The translations under genes and the position numbers were made by a program. A stretch of DNA of 63,994 nt, filler included, from Reclinomonas americana ATCC 50394 (taxonomy: Eukaryota): NCBI GenBank assembly GCA_048213135.1. It is 5 parts of 3 records of this genome, joined end to end, with 100 filler letters (N's around TTAATTAATTAA, not from the genome) between each part and the next. Parts side by side here need not be neighbours in the genome. Positions count along the whole stretch, not along the records: positions 31,743 to 60,854 come from PS015191.1; 4 more parts are not named here. One strand, 5' to 3'. Positions 36,880 through 49,465 of this stretch are shown here, piece after piece. The stretch's first letter is position 1. Each line of letters starts with the position of its first letter. The notes beneath the pieces were generated by a model, which saw nothing but the letters and a program-made list of their open reading frames with translations, was not told where the DNA came from and searched no databases.

Positions 36880-39800
36880 AGCCTTGGCCGAACTGCATGC
36901 AAAACACAGAAAGCGTCAACGACAAAAAAAGTGGGGGAAGACTGGAGAGAGAGAGATGACGCACGTAGTGGTGGTGGGGGGTGCCGGGGCTGCTGGCTCT
37001 CCATGACCTGCGGTCGAGTGTCCACCCAGTCCTTCGTCGTCGTCGTCCACAATCTCGTCCTCCGAGTCGTCCTGACCCCAACGATTCGCCGACGCCATGC
37101 CGCCCAGCTGGCGTTGTTCAATCAGATTAATGTCACGGAGCTTGCCGTTGACAAAAGTGTTCCAGTCAGCGTTGGCTGCCACAACAAAAAGGCGTCAGCA
37201 GGCGCGTGGTGGCAGCGGTGGGTGCGCCGGGAGGAATGGAGAACACACCTTCCACATACGGCGCCACGACCTCTTGCGTCGACGCCTCGACAATCAAATT
37301 CGCAATTGATGTCAGGTGACCCATGTAGCCCTTTCGCTGACCCTTTGGCAGCGCACTGCCGCGACACAAAACACATCGAGTGAGTCAACACATGATGATG
37401 AAAGTAGGCACCCGCTGTCTTGCCGCACCAGACACGATCGTTCTCCTTGTGCGCGTCGAGAATGCGTTGCAGGAGATTAATGTCGGTGAACAGCAGCTTC
37501 TTGGTCTCGTTATCAGAGTTCGTGAGGATCTTCTTGATGATGCGCTCCACCACGCAGTGCAACAGATTGTTCCATTCGAATTCGAAGAACAGGTCCTGTG
37601 CACGGTGTGTCTCTCTCGTCAGCACCCGCTGCACACAAATTTTGGCGTGTCCACGGCAAGACGCAACCACAATCCGTCGCAGAGCACCAATCTCGATTAA
37701 TCGTGTGCTCAACGCAGGCTTGTTCGACGAGAACAGCGTCTCGAAGAACTGCACCACCTTCAAACGCGCCGGTCCAAGTGGCGGGCTCAGCGTGCCAACC
37801 GTTGTCACGAGAGATGCCGCATCCTGCACAAAAAAAGGACGCGAATTGAGTCACATAGAAGGCCGCCTCCCTCTGCCGCCAACCTCGCTCACCGCCGGTG
37901 CGTCGAGCAACCTCAACAGCGCATCGAGTTGACGCATGAGCACGCCAAACACGGCTCCCACATTCGAATGATCGTCCTCGTCGTCCGATGCGGGCTCGCG
38001 GTTCTGCACCGCCGACAGCAGGTCCGACAACACATTCAGCCCGTGTGTCAGCACCGATGGGGAATCCTGCGACGACACACACGAGTCAGCATGCCACCAC
38101 CAGCGGAAATCGCAGCAGAATGACGAACCCGCTGAATCACGCGTTCGAGCAGACGGTGGACCACGGGCTCGCTCAATAAGTGCTCCGACACACGATCACC
38201 AGCCGCATTCGAGAATCGCTTCAGCATGTCGCACAGCACAGAGCTCACATTGACGTGCACATCGCTGTCCTCGCTCGGATCGAGCTTCTCCAGCAGCTTG
38301 TCAATGATGCCTTGCTTCAGCCACCACTGCAGATACCACAACAACACTCGTCAGCTGCAAGAATCGGGGGGAAAGTGTCGGTGACGAGCAGCTCGTCGCA
38401 CCGCAATGTTCTCCTCCGAGTTGAGAGCCTCGTCTTCGCTGCTGCGTGTTCGCTCAAAGAGCTTGACGCGCAGCTGGTTGCCGAGCGACATGCCCATGGA
38501 GCTGAGAATGTCGTTCATGTCCTCCGCACCAGCATCGGCACCCATCAGTCGCAACAGCAGGTCGGGGATACCAAAGGAGCCAATGTGTCGCAGGAACGCT
38601 GGCGCCCATTCGGTGCCTTCGGCTTGCACAAATCGCAGAATCTGCGGACAACGTTGTGAGCATCTGGTGGATGGGCGGCTGAGCGCGCGCGCCGCATACA
38701 CAAACCTCAATGGGCTTTCGCGCCAACAGAGACATGAACACACGGTGGAAGTAGCCAGTCAGCGTCGGATTGAGCGGGGCCGCCTGATTGAGGAAGTTCA
38801 AGAAGCGCTCCAGCAGCGGTCGGCTCTCCAGGAACACCTCCCACAGCTGCACGACGCAAGGAGGAAAGATGGAGAGAGAGTAGGAGAAAGAGAGACGGGT
38901 GAGCGTGTGTGTGATAACAACAGGACATGCCCGTTACACAGGAGACCGACTAACCTCGCTAATGTCACAACACAGCACCTCGCACGCCAAGTGTGGGTAC
39001 CTGGTGGAGGGGTGGTGTGGAGAGAACAACGGGATGAGCAAGCGATCACAAGCGCAACCGACCAGAGAAGAGAGCGCACGTGCGCGCGTGACATGGCGCC
39101 AAAGAGGCCCAACCCTAACACACACACTCAGACGCAAACGTAACTTTGACGTTCGCTTCTCATCTGCAGCGCCCACCTCCGGCACCACCGTGATAAAGTC
39201 GATCAGTCGCTCCACAATGGGCACACGCGACAGACTGCAACGAGGAGAGCGCTTGAGTGAGCATGTCGCGCTCCATCGTTTGACAACCCCTATTTCTCTC
39301 CAGCACGCACTATTTGACAAGCTGTGGTTGCAGTTGGTCCGCGACAACACACGACGGGGGAAGGGGGCACAAGGGAAAAGAGAGAGAGAGAGCGAGAAGA
39401 GAGCGGGAGTGACTGCCTGAGTGAGTGTGAGCGACAAGAGGACAAGACAGCCGATCGCCACCACACCTTTTCGTTGTGCGCCTTGCACTGTGACACGAGG
39501 CATGCATGCACACAGAGAGACACGAGCAAAACGCAGAGGCGAGGGCGTGAGTGACTGTGCATTTCCAACCACAACACACACACACACACGCACACACAGA
39601 GAGAGACACACACAGAGGGCACATGCAACCACGGCGACTGACCTCGGTCAAGATCTGCAACGCACGCACACAGCATGAGTGTGAGTGAGGAGGGGGAGGA
39701 GAGTGCGCGCGTGTATTTGAGGCACAGACAACAAACCTCATCATCGTCAAGCAGGTCTGTGAGCTCGCAGTCTTCACGTTCCAACAGCTGTTTGTCCCAA

Positions 39801-39954
39801 CACACACGCGCGCGCAGGAGGCATGAGGTGAGAAGAACAGCATCTCCATCACACTCAATGCGAGCTCACATAAAAGTAAGTGTGCGCGTGTCAGTTGGAC
39901 GCTCACCTTGGAAACGTTGCTTTCTTGGTAGTGCAGGCCGAGACGCCAGAACAT
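36880..39954 (-). CDS. SIT4/PP6 regulatory subunit (SAPS family, PPP6R-like)
   Basis: MFW start, YPHLACEVL, LNPTLTGYF, PPLGPARLKVVQF, LFFEFEWNNLLH and RKGYMGHLTSIAN. Confidence 0.93.
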
Positions 39955-40126
39955 GGTGGTCGCAGCTGAGAGGGGTCGGTGAGGGTCGCTTTAACCTCGC
40001 ACGGTGTGTGTGTTGAGTGAACGAGGACAAATGTTGCGCGGGACAAGTCATCAATTTTTCGCTGCATTTTTTCGGTGTTTCTCACTCGTGCAATTGTGGA
40101 TTGCAGTTGTCGCTGTCTACACACGT

Positions 40127-42507
40127 CTACATGCCCAGTAGGTTGGAGGCGTAGGCCATTGGACGCATGGCCGGGTGTGGCTGCGGAAAGAAAGGAGGGA
40201 ATATTCTTACGTTCAGCTTGCACTGCTTCGTGTGTGACAAGACATCGAGAACACGTACCACGGCGGCGAATTGTGTGTACATGGGCTTGCAGTCAGCGCC
40301 AAACTTAATAAATGCACCCTGGTTGCCCATCTGTGCGCCCCGCAGCGTGTGAATGACAGGCACGGACACGCAATCCGAAACTTTGCAAAGACTGAACCTG
40401 GTCGCAGTAATTCGGTGCCGAGAAGATGGTGATGCATCGACCGTTGTGGGCGACCTCGTAGCCCTTCTCCTTGACTTCGTGAGAGCGCACCAACAGCTGA
40501 GACGGCACATGTCAGTCCGGCGACAGAAGAAAAACCCCACCAAGGCACATACCTCCAGCTTGTTGCGATCGAGGAACTCGTTGGTGACATCGGGCCCGAA
40601 TTGCACACCGACACCGCGCTTGGATGGCTGGCGTCCGCGCATGAATCCAGGATCGCTCCACAGCATTTCACACATGAGACCTGCCATTGTCGTTAGCACC
40701 CGTTGTGCTTGGGATGGGACCAGAAAACACTCTCACCCGAGTCCGGAATCTCGCGGTTGCGGTCAATGGCGGCAATGTCGTCGAGCGTCACGCCATCGCT
40801 ACGCAACAACAACTGATGTGAGGAGAACACACAAGGCTGGACTGCCACACACTTCCACGTACCGCGAGAAGAGACCACCGTGCACCACCAACACCTTCTT
40901 GTTGATCACCAGGCCCAGAGGCAGCCAGTTGAACACCTCCATAAACAATTCAAACACCTTTTCGCCCGTGTACCTGTGCGCGACGACAATCAGCAACCTC
41001 CTCCAGGAGAGAGCAGAGGAGCGGGGGCGAACGAAACTTGTGCTTCACTTCGCCCTCGAAACCGTACATGCGGTTGAGAGTGCGCGTCTCGTGGTTGCCG
41101 CGGGTGAGGAACAAGTGCGACGGGTAGAGGACCTTGAAGAGCAACAGCGTGAAGATCACTTCAAAGCTCCAGCTGCCGCGGTCCACAAAGTCCTGCGACA
41201 ATCACAAGTCAGCAATGCACAAATTCCAAGAATGTGCAGTCGTCATGCGCAACTCCATTGAAATGATACGCATTCTGCTCCGACGGGTACCCGTTGATGG
41301 AGAAGATGTTGAGCAAGTCGTAGAACTGACCGTGCGTGTCGCCACACACAGTGATGGTGACACCGGTTTCTTCGCCGAGGTCGCCCACCGTCGCCGTCAG
41401 CAAATTCGATTCTGTCGACAGCACCTGCAGCGCCCGCAACAGCACGTCGCACACAAAGCGCCGGTGCAGACGACCACCATCCCGCAGGAAGTCGACCACC
41501 GACAGCACCCAGTCACGCGTCAGTGGTTCGCCAATCTCCAGTCGCGGTCCATTGTACGCCGGCTCCACCACTGCCTCCCCCCCGCGCACAGAATGAGACA
41601 GCAAAGCGGCATAGCAGAAGAAGAGGAGGAGGAGGGAAACGCAACGAATGCCGGCGNNNNNNNNNNNNNNNNNNNNGTGCCCAACTCGGCCATCTTTTAC
41701 AACAACCGAGCCACGTGCGCCATGCGACTGGAGGAGTACGGGCAGGCGGTGGCCGATGCAACGTGTGCAATTGAGTTGGATCCGACGTTTGTCAAGGCGT
41801 ACTTTAGACGCGGCTCGGCGCTCTTTGCAATGACCAAGCACGCCGAGGCGCTCGGCGACTTCAAGCACGTGGTGCAGATGTGCCCGACCGACCCCAATGC
41901 GCTGGAGAAGCTCAAGTTGTGCCAGAAGGAGAATCGCCGACTGCTCCTCGAGGAGGCCATTCAGACCGAGCAGCAGGGCAAGGCTCTCGTCTCCGCCGAG
42001 CTCAATCTNNNNNNNNNNNNNNNNNNNNNNNNNNNNNNNNNNNNNNNNNNNNNNNNNNNNNNNNNNNNNNNNNNNNNNNNNNNNNNNNNNNNNNNNNNNN
42101 NNNNNNNNNNNNNNNNNNNNNNNNNNNNNNNNNNNNNNNNNNNNNNNNNNNNNNNNNNNGAGCTCAATCGCCCGCGAGTACAAGTCCATCGCCAGCTGGT
42201 AGTGCTTCTCTGCGGTGGCACAAGGAGTGAGACATGTGCACGCTCATCTCTCTCTCACACACGCGCGCGCACCGCGAAAGGCGTCGTTGCCGAGGTTCTT
42301 CAGGCGCTCGCCCTCAAAGGCCGCCTCGGCGGGGTCCACAAACACCAGTGCGGAACTGCTGCCGCCCTCGCCACTGCCAGACTCGGGACTGCTGTCGCCA
42401 CCCGCGGCCACCACTTGCGAGGACAAGTCGGGGGAGGCGGTGCCAGAGGAGGCAGAGGAAGAGGCGCCAGGTGATGAGGCGTCGGACATGACCTCTTCGG
42501 CGCTCAT
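40127..42507 (-). CDS. PPP5C: Serine/threonine-protein phosphatase 5 (TPR + PPP catalytic domain)
   Basis: [45 protein letters not shown] and [11 protein letters not shown]. The TPR start reads LKNLGNDAF...LYSRAIEL. Confidence 0.96.
41677..42008 (+). CDS. PPP5C: TPR-coding segment of PP5 on an inverted contig
   Basis: [12 protein letters not shown]...[16 protein letters not shown]. Both ends abut the minus-strand exons exactly (AIEL-VPNS; ELNL-AGI). Confidence 0.92.
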
Positions 42508-42570
42508 CGCGTTGGCAGAGTAGAGTGTGCTTTCGTCGTTCAGCGGAACAACTGATCGTCGACGGAATGC

Positions 42571-45500
42571 ATGCAACTTGAGCGCGAGGCCTTTGCGCTG
42601 CTGCATGCAGACACGTTGCGTCTTCTTACCCCGCTTCTTCTCTCTCTATCTCCCTTCTCTCTCTCTCATGCATCACTCGCAGGTGCGTTCTGGAGGATGA
42701 CTTGTCGGCGCTTCGTCGAGTGCACGCTGACAACAAGGAGGTGCCTGTGACGAGCAGGTGCGTGTCTGTCTATCTGCTGTTCATCGGGGTGCGCATCGCT
42801 GAGATCGCTGTGCAGGAATGCGGCGCTGAGTACGGCGTGTTATTTGCTGTTTGGTGTGCATGTTGTCACCAACGAGGAGGAGACAGAGGAGAAGGAGACG
42901 CTGGTGGCACTGCAGTTGCGCGACGGAGGTGTCTGTCTGTGTGTGTGTCTTGCTCAGCTCATGGGTGATGCAGGAGGGAGCTTCGGTGGAGTGGCGCGTC
43001 GTCATTGTTGCGCGGTCCACCGCGACCATTGCTGCTCCGTGTGGCCATGCAGACGGCCGAGGTGAAAGAGGAGGAGTATCATGTGGAGTCGGTGGTGCGT
43101 CGCGGTAGGATGGATCGATCGCGCTTGCTGGCGATGGCAATGACGACGACGACTGTGAATGGACTGGGCGCAACGACGGACGATCGGCGTGCTGTGAAAC
43201 GGCGATTCCGCACCGCACGCAAGAGTATGGTGCGAGTGGTGAAGTACGCCGAGCGCGATGGCTGGCGATGCTGACAGTGCGTGTCACGCAGTGGAGTGCG
43301 CTGGTTGCTGAAAAGTCGACCGTGGGGTTGGAGGTGCTGCGGAGCTCTTCTTCCATCGGTTCTTTGCGACGGTTCGTATGCGCGAGTGCACTGCCTTCAC
43401 AGCTGCGCTGTATGTGTTCATTCACACAAGTGCAGCGATGTGGACTTGTCGGCGACACTCGAGTCGTTTCTGGTACACTTGGATGCATGCGTGCGCCAGC
43501 TCGCCGAGTTGTCGGCTCTTGTTGGCGGTCACGGTCTGCTGCACTGCACTCCCTTTGTCTACATTCGAACGCTTTCCTCACCCGAGTGGAACGCAGAGGA
43601 TGCAACTGTCGCACAATTGATGTTGCACGAGGCATCACCATCACCGAGCGGATGGCAGGCGTTGCAGATGGTTCCACCGATCCTGTTCGATCGACTTGCT
43701 GCTGGTCTGTGTGTGAATGTGTGCACTCTCGCCGTCTCTTCACGCCATGCTCAACTATTCCTGCTGCCGATTGCAGTGCATCGCGTCGACGATCCGCTGT
43801 ACAGCGTCCGTTTGTGCAGGGCACTGGGCGCGGTGCACTCCAGCGCACACCCCGTGGTGCGTGTGTGAGACCACGTGCGTGGGATCGAGGCCGTGAACAA
43901 ACACCTGCATCTGCACAGGTACTCACCGACATGGTGTGCATCCCGACGCACGCTTGTCTCGCTGTGTGGGTGCGCTGGGCCATCGACACCGGCAATCTCC
44001 CACGACTTGCCGACCACATGGTGTCGGGATTGGAGTGGCCACGGCGTCGTGTGGTTTCTGCTGGTCAGTGTTTGTCTCTCTCTCGCCTGCTATGAGGAGG
44101 CAGTGACTGACACGACTCGCAATGCTTGCAGCACTGGCGATTATGTGCTCGGAGACGGCACGACAGTGGCGTGCGCATCGTGAGCGGCGCCTGACAGCAC
44201 TGCGCGATGTTGGAGTGCTGCTGGCATCTCGGTGTGTGTGTGTGTGTGGCCAGTCACTCTCTCTCTCTCTATCGTCTGTTGACGTTGTGCTGGCTCACTT
44301 GTCCATCTCTCAGCATGTCGTCGCCTGCTTCATGGAGCGCCATGCTGCAGTGCGTGCTGTGCGAGCTGGCGCAAGGCGATGATGAACAGGGACGACGATT
44401 GGCGGCTGGATGGCGAGCGACGCATCCGCGCATCGTCTCTCGATATCCGGCCGTGCAGCACGTGCTCGATGGTCTCTCTCGTCGCGACGACATGCCGGCG
44501 TTGCGTGGACACGCACGACTAGGTCCATTTCGTTCCGACGAGGAGCACCCGGTGCGCTCCACTGCCGAGGCGCAATCCACTCGACGTCTCTTCTTGTCGA
44601 AGCAGCAGTCCGGTTTGTGTGAATCGCCCTCGTGCACGTGTGGATTGTTTGTGGCTCATTTGCATGCAGATGTTTCCGGCCTGTTGCTCTCTGGTCGCGA
44701 TCCAATGCTACTGGCCACCGCCTATGCTCTCATGCGCGTCAGGGCGCCAACCGTCACTGATGAACGATGGATGCGTGACACGCGGGCACTGATGTCGCCG
44801 CATGAGTGGCTGCTGAAAACGCCAGAGAGCGCTGTCGATGAGTTCACAAAAGTTGAGTGTCCACGGTGTTTCGTCAACGACGACATTCTAACTCACGTGG
44901 GGACAGTTGCTGATCGAGGCGGGCAAAGCGCTACTCCCTACCGAACTCGAGCCGTGGAGTGTGCCGCCGCCCATGTTTGGTGAGACAGTGTGGTGGTTCT
45001 TCATGCACAAGCCTCTCTCTGTGACTCACTCCACTTCGTGACCAGATCTCGCCTCTGCGATTCAAGCACCGATGCTGCGGCGACCGAACATGCGGGAAGC
45101 AGGAACAGCCGACAGCTTCCTCAGTCACCTCCATGTTGCGTGACGAAGCGCCGTGCGCTTTCTCCTGCTGTTCCATTTGACTGACCTGTCTGTATCTGTT
45201 CAGCGGGTGTCAACAAGTCGACTGGCGAGTCAGCTGCCGATACTGATGGCAGAAGAGCTGCACGAGTGGCAGGCCTATCGACAGAGTCGCCAGTGGCTGC
45301 TTCGTCCGAGTGCGTTCTTGTGGGCCGCAGTCGATGCTGCCGGAATCCGCTTTCGTGGAGGTGTGTGTGTGTGTCGTCGGAAGCAGCGAGATGTGACGGG
45401 AATGCGGTACTTACGCACGAGTGTGATTGCAGAGGTACTGTTCGAGGACGCTGTCGCGGCAGCGTCACAGCTGGAGCCTGCAGATGCACAACGGGCTCGC

Positions 45501-47011
45501 GATTCGTTTACGGCCCACGTGGGAGAGACCGTGGCCGCTGTTGTAACATACATGCATCATCCTCCCGACGCGTACACCGACGCACTGCTGTCCGAGATGT
45601 TGTTGCAGGCATGTCGATTGCTGTGTGCTTTCACTCCCAACAATCTCCAATGCCTCGGTGGATCTTATCTTGCGCGATGCAGACGGGTGTGGTGCCGTTT
45701 TCGCTGGACGAGTTGCTCCTACAACGAGCCGCACGCTTGCAACGTATTATCGATGTCCACCTGCAGCTTCGGCGTACCGTGTTGCAGCAGTTATGCCACA
45801 CTTTTCTCTGCGTTTCAATACTTCAAGAGACTGACGCCTTCGGTTTTAGGTGGGTGGCCGATGATGTCGCCTGCGTGTGGCAGTTGCCCGGAAGCACGCT
45901 CGCCACGCATGTGTCGCGCATGCTCCACACTGGTGTGTGTGTGCGCGTGTATGATGCCCTGTTCCGCGAATCTCGCTTTCTCATGTTGATGCGGTGGGGA
46001 ATAGTGACGAATGCAACTATGCGGGCGTCTCTTGTCGAAGACTGGCGTTCGGCACTCCACGTCGCACAGCCGCTGCTGTGCCGTGCGCGCTCCGCATTTG
46101 TTGAACCGCTTCGATCGTCGCCACAGTTGCTGCTGCAAGGGTGCGTTGGAGTTTGGATTCACCGAGTGAGGGTCTTGACTCGCAAACTCATCGCCGAGCA
46201 GCACACTTGTACGCGTGCTGTCGGCCAAGTCTACGGCAATGGCTCGAATGGATCTGAGTGCGCTGCGATTTCCTGGATCGGCACTCGCTGAGCTGCGACG
46301 CAATGGCGACATGCAAGATGACGGTTTGTGTGCGGTTGCATGTTGCCGGTCTTTTCCCCACTTCGCGAACTCATCGTCGCGCGGATGGCAGAGATCTGTG
46401 AGTTTGTGGAACACTGGAGCTCGTGCGTGCAAATGGCGATGGATGCAGTGGCTGTTTTCCACCATCGATCGACCAAGGCCTCTCGTCGGCACTGTGCATC
46501 TGTGGCGTGGGCAGGCGACTCACTGCTGCAGTTTGCACGCGAATGTGGTCGCAGTCAAGGTTCGTTGCACTGATAGACAGCCACATGCAGTGTGCACCGC
46601 ACTGATGCCTACATGGGTGCACAGCAACCCTCAGCGGTCTGCGTCGAGTGGTGTGGCCAGAGAGCGACACGGAATCGTGGGTCTCCGACCTGTGGGCCAC
46701 CCTGTGGAGTGTGTTGTACAAGCGACGATCCGTGGAGTGGCCGGCTCCAGTGCAAAAGGTGCGCATGGTTCTTCGTCCCACACCTGTGTGCGTGTGTGTG
46801 CTGAACAATGTGACGCGCGCAGGAGCTGCTGTCGATTCTCGGCCTGGCCGAATTCTGGGGAATGGAGGAGACTGGCGAAGCAAATGTCAGCGAAGCCCGG
46901 CTGCCGCTCGTGGATTCAATTGTCGACGCAGTCATGGACGCTCTTCCGGGATATCGTCGATTGCACGAGATTGCAGGCGAGGCAGCGTACATGGCTCGGC
47001 AGCCACCATGA
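42571..47011 (+). CDS. Large multi-exon hypothetical protein with a possible degenerate C-terminal BTB/POZ-like domain (may be more than one gene)
   Basis: A chain of coding-like exons on the + strand. The C-terminus LHANVVAVK...LWSVLY...ELLSILGLAEFWGM resembles BTB helices. Stop at 47009-47011. Confidence 0.5.
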
Positions 47012-47176
47012 AACGCAATAAGAGAGGGAGAGTTACAAAAATTGAGTTCATTCGTGCAGGCAACGAAGCAGGGTACACACACAGAGAGTGAGAGAAGAGA
47101 GAGAGAGAAATACATAGAAAAAGGGGGGACGAGTCGTCGCAGCGCTTGTGGCGTCACGATAGACAGACCGCCACAA

Positions 47177-49200
47177 TTAGGTGGCTGGTCTGGAGGGTGC
47201 CGCTGCACACAGGGCCAGCATCTCACGCACGGCCGCTACCCACTTGTCTCGGTCCTCGGTGCTGGAGGCCAGAACATACACGGAATCCTTGGCTCCGTGT
47301 CCGTGTATCGTCACACCCAGCGTGCGACCAGCATCACCGTGATCCTTGCCTGACGTATCCGAAATGCCGTCCTCCGTGTCACGCACCACCACTGCATCGC
47401 GAGTCAGCAAAACGATGGGGACAGGGAGAGANNNNNNNNNNNNNNNNNNNNGGCAAAGAACGAGACAGAAAGAGAGCAGAGGGAGAGAGAAAGGCAGGAG
47501 AGAGAACGGAAGGAGGGAGGATAAGGCCAAAGAGAGGGAGAGAGAAAAGGCAAAGAACGAGACAGGAAAGAGGGCGGAGGGAGGGAGGAAAGGCAAAGAA
47601 CGAGACAGCAAGACAGCGGAGGAGAGAGAAAAAGGCAAAGAAAGACAGGAAAGAGAGCGGAGGGAGGGAGAAAAAGGCCAAGAGAGAGAGAGAAAGGCAA
47701 AGAACAAGACAGAAAGAGAGTGGAGGGAGGGAGAAAAGGCCAAGAGAGAGACAGAGAAAGAGAAAGGGAGAGAAAGAGAGGGGAGGAGGGAGAAAAAGGC
47801 CAAGAGAGTGGAGGGAGGGAGAAAGGCAAAGAAAGAGAGAGGAGAGAGAGAGAGAGCGAGAAAGAGCTGGGGAAGAGAGAGAGAAAGAGACACACCTCGT
47901 GAGAAGGAACTTGAGCTGCGACGAGAACGCCATTGGATGGAGCACTCGGAAACGCATAGTGTGAAGTAGCGACCGTGTGGTGCACCGCGGCCGTCCTTGG
48001 TGAACTTCTTCAACACCGCTCCCTTTTCGCACGCCTTGAGACCCTGCGCACAGTCGGTGAGCATAAAGAGCACCTCTCGTGCCCCACGATAAGCAAACCT
48101 CGCTCTTGGCGCTCTNNNNNNNNNNNNNNNNNNNNCCGGCACATCATAGTGCATCAGCGCACCCGTATCGACGCGCGGCGACTCGGCGACCGGCGACGCG
48201 GCCGCATCACTCCGCGGTGGGCTCTGCGGTGGTGGCGAGCGCGCAGCATCCTCATCCGCCGGCGCCAAGCGGAATCGCATCGGCGACGCCGCACGAGCCA
48301 CTGGCGACGTGGCGCGCGGCGCCGGCGACGCACTGCGTCGCGTCTCCACCGTCAACGGAGCCGGCTGCGACGACGACGGTTGTGGCGCCGTTGGTGGCGG
48401 CTGCGGCGGCGGCGACATGGGCTTCTTCACAGGCGAGCGCGGTGTGCAATCCGACGCCGTCTCCGCATCAAACTCAAACAACTCCTCCGGCGCATAGTAG
48501 CCCGGCGGTGGCGCCACCGACGGTTTCTCCGGCAGGAAGCGCGGCTCGGTGGTGCCAAACGGTGGCGGCTTGCNNNNNNNNNNNNNNNNNNNNNNNNNNN
48601 NNNNNNNNNNNNNNNNNNNNNNNNNNNNNNNNNNNNNNNNNNNNNNNNNNNNNNNNNNNNNNNNNNNNNNNNNNNNNNNNNNNNNNNNNNNNNNNNNNNN
48701 NNNNNNNNNNNNNNNNNNNNNNNNNNNNNNNNNNNNNNNNNNNNNNNNNNGGTTCTTGCTCGCCGCCAGCAACGCCGTCGGCGACAGCACCGGCTTCAGC
48801 ACCGTCGGAGGAGGTGCCGCACCGAAATCCGACGGTGGCGAGTACACCACAGCGCTCTCCGGCTCCTCCTGCTCCCGCCACGATCACGATCATCATCTCT
48901 CATCACAGACACAGACTCACTCACCGACACATAATCCGGCGGAAATCGGCCTGCGCGACTGCCAAAGGCTGCGCCGCGCGGTCCCCGCGTCTTCATCTCC
49001 TTGGGACCGAGACGCACGAGCACAGGGCGATGGCGATGCCGAGGCGAGCGCGCCGCAGTCGCTGCTCCAGCCGGCGATTGCGGAGACGCCGGCTGCTGCT
49101 TCTTCTGCTTCTCACCCGCACCAGCAGCACCACCACCACCACCACCAGCCGACGGTGATCGCGACGAGGAGGCCGGTGGCGACTGCACCTTGCTCGACAT
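47177..49200 (-). CDS. STPG/PGP-repeat-like protein with a C-terminal PH domain
   Basis: Repeats AFGSRAGRF and PFGTTEPRFLPEKPSVAPPPGYY. PH: GAVLKKFTKDGRGAPHGRYFTL...VYVLASSTEDRDKWVAAV. Both exonic gaps close in frame at zero length. Confidence 0.75.
47452..47890 (+). repeat. Intronic purine-rich degenerate repeat (AAAGGC[A/C]AAG... units)
   Basis: Recurring AAAAGGCAAAG / AAAAGGCCAAGAGAG motifs within the intron of the PH-domain gene. Confidence 0.7.
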
Positions 49201-49465
49201 GACTGTGCGTGGGGGAGAGCAAGAGGAGAGTGTGTGAATGTCGCGCGTTTAGAAACCGACGCCCACGCGCACTCGCTCTTTCTCTGCTTCAAGGCACAAA
49301 CGCACAACGCTCACTCGCACCCCACTGACACAGAGACGGCAGGAGAAGAGAGAGACACACGCAAACCTGACTGTGATTAGATCGATATTTCGGGGTTACC
49401 ACGGCGCAATTCCGTCCCTCGCGGCATACGGTGACCCGTTCATTGTTTTGTTTTTGGTGAAGAGA

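Noticed and set aside
43065-43110. Chromodomain-like EEEYHVESVV
   Set aside because: The downstream YLVKW/TWEP elements are absent, so the match is too short to call.
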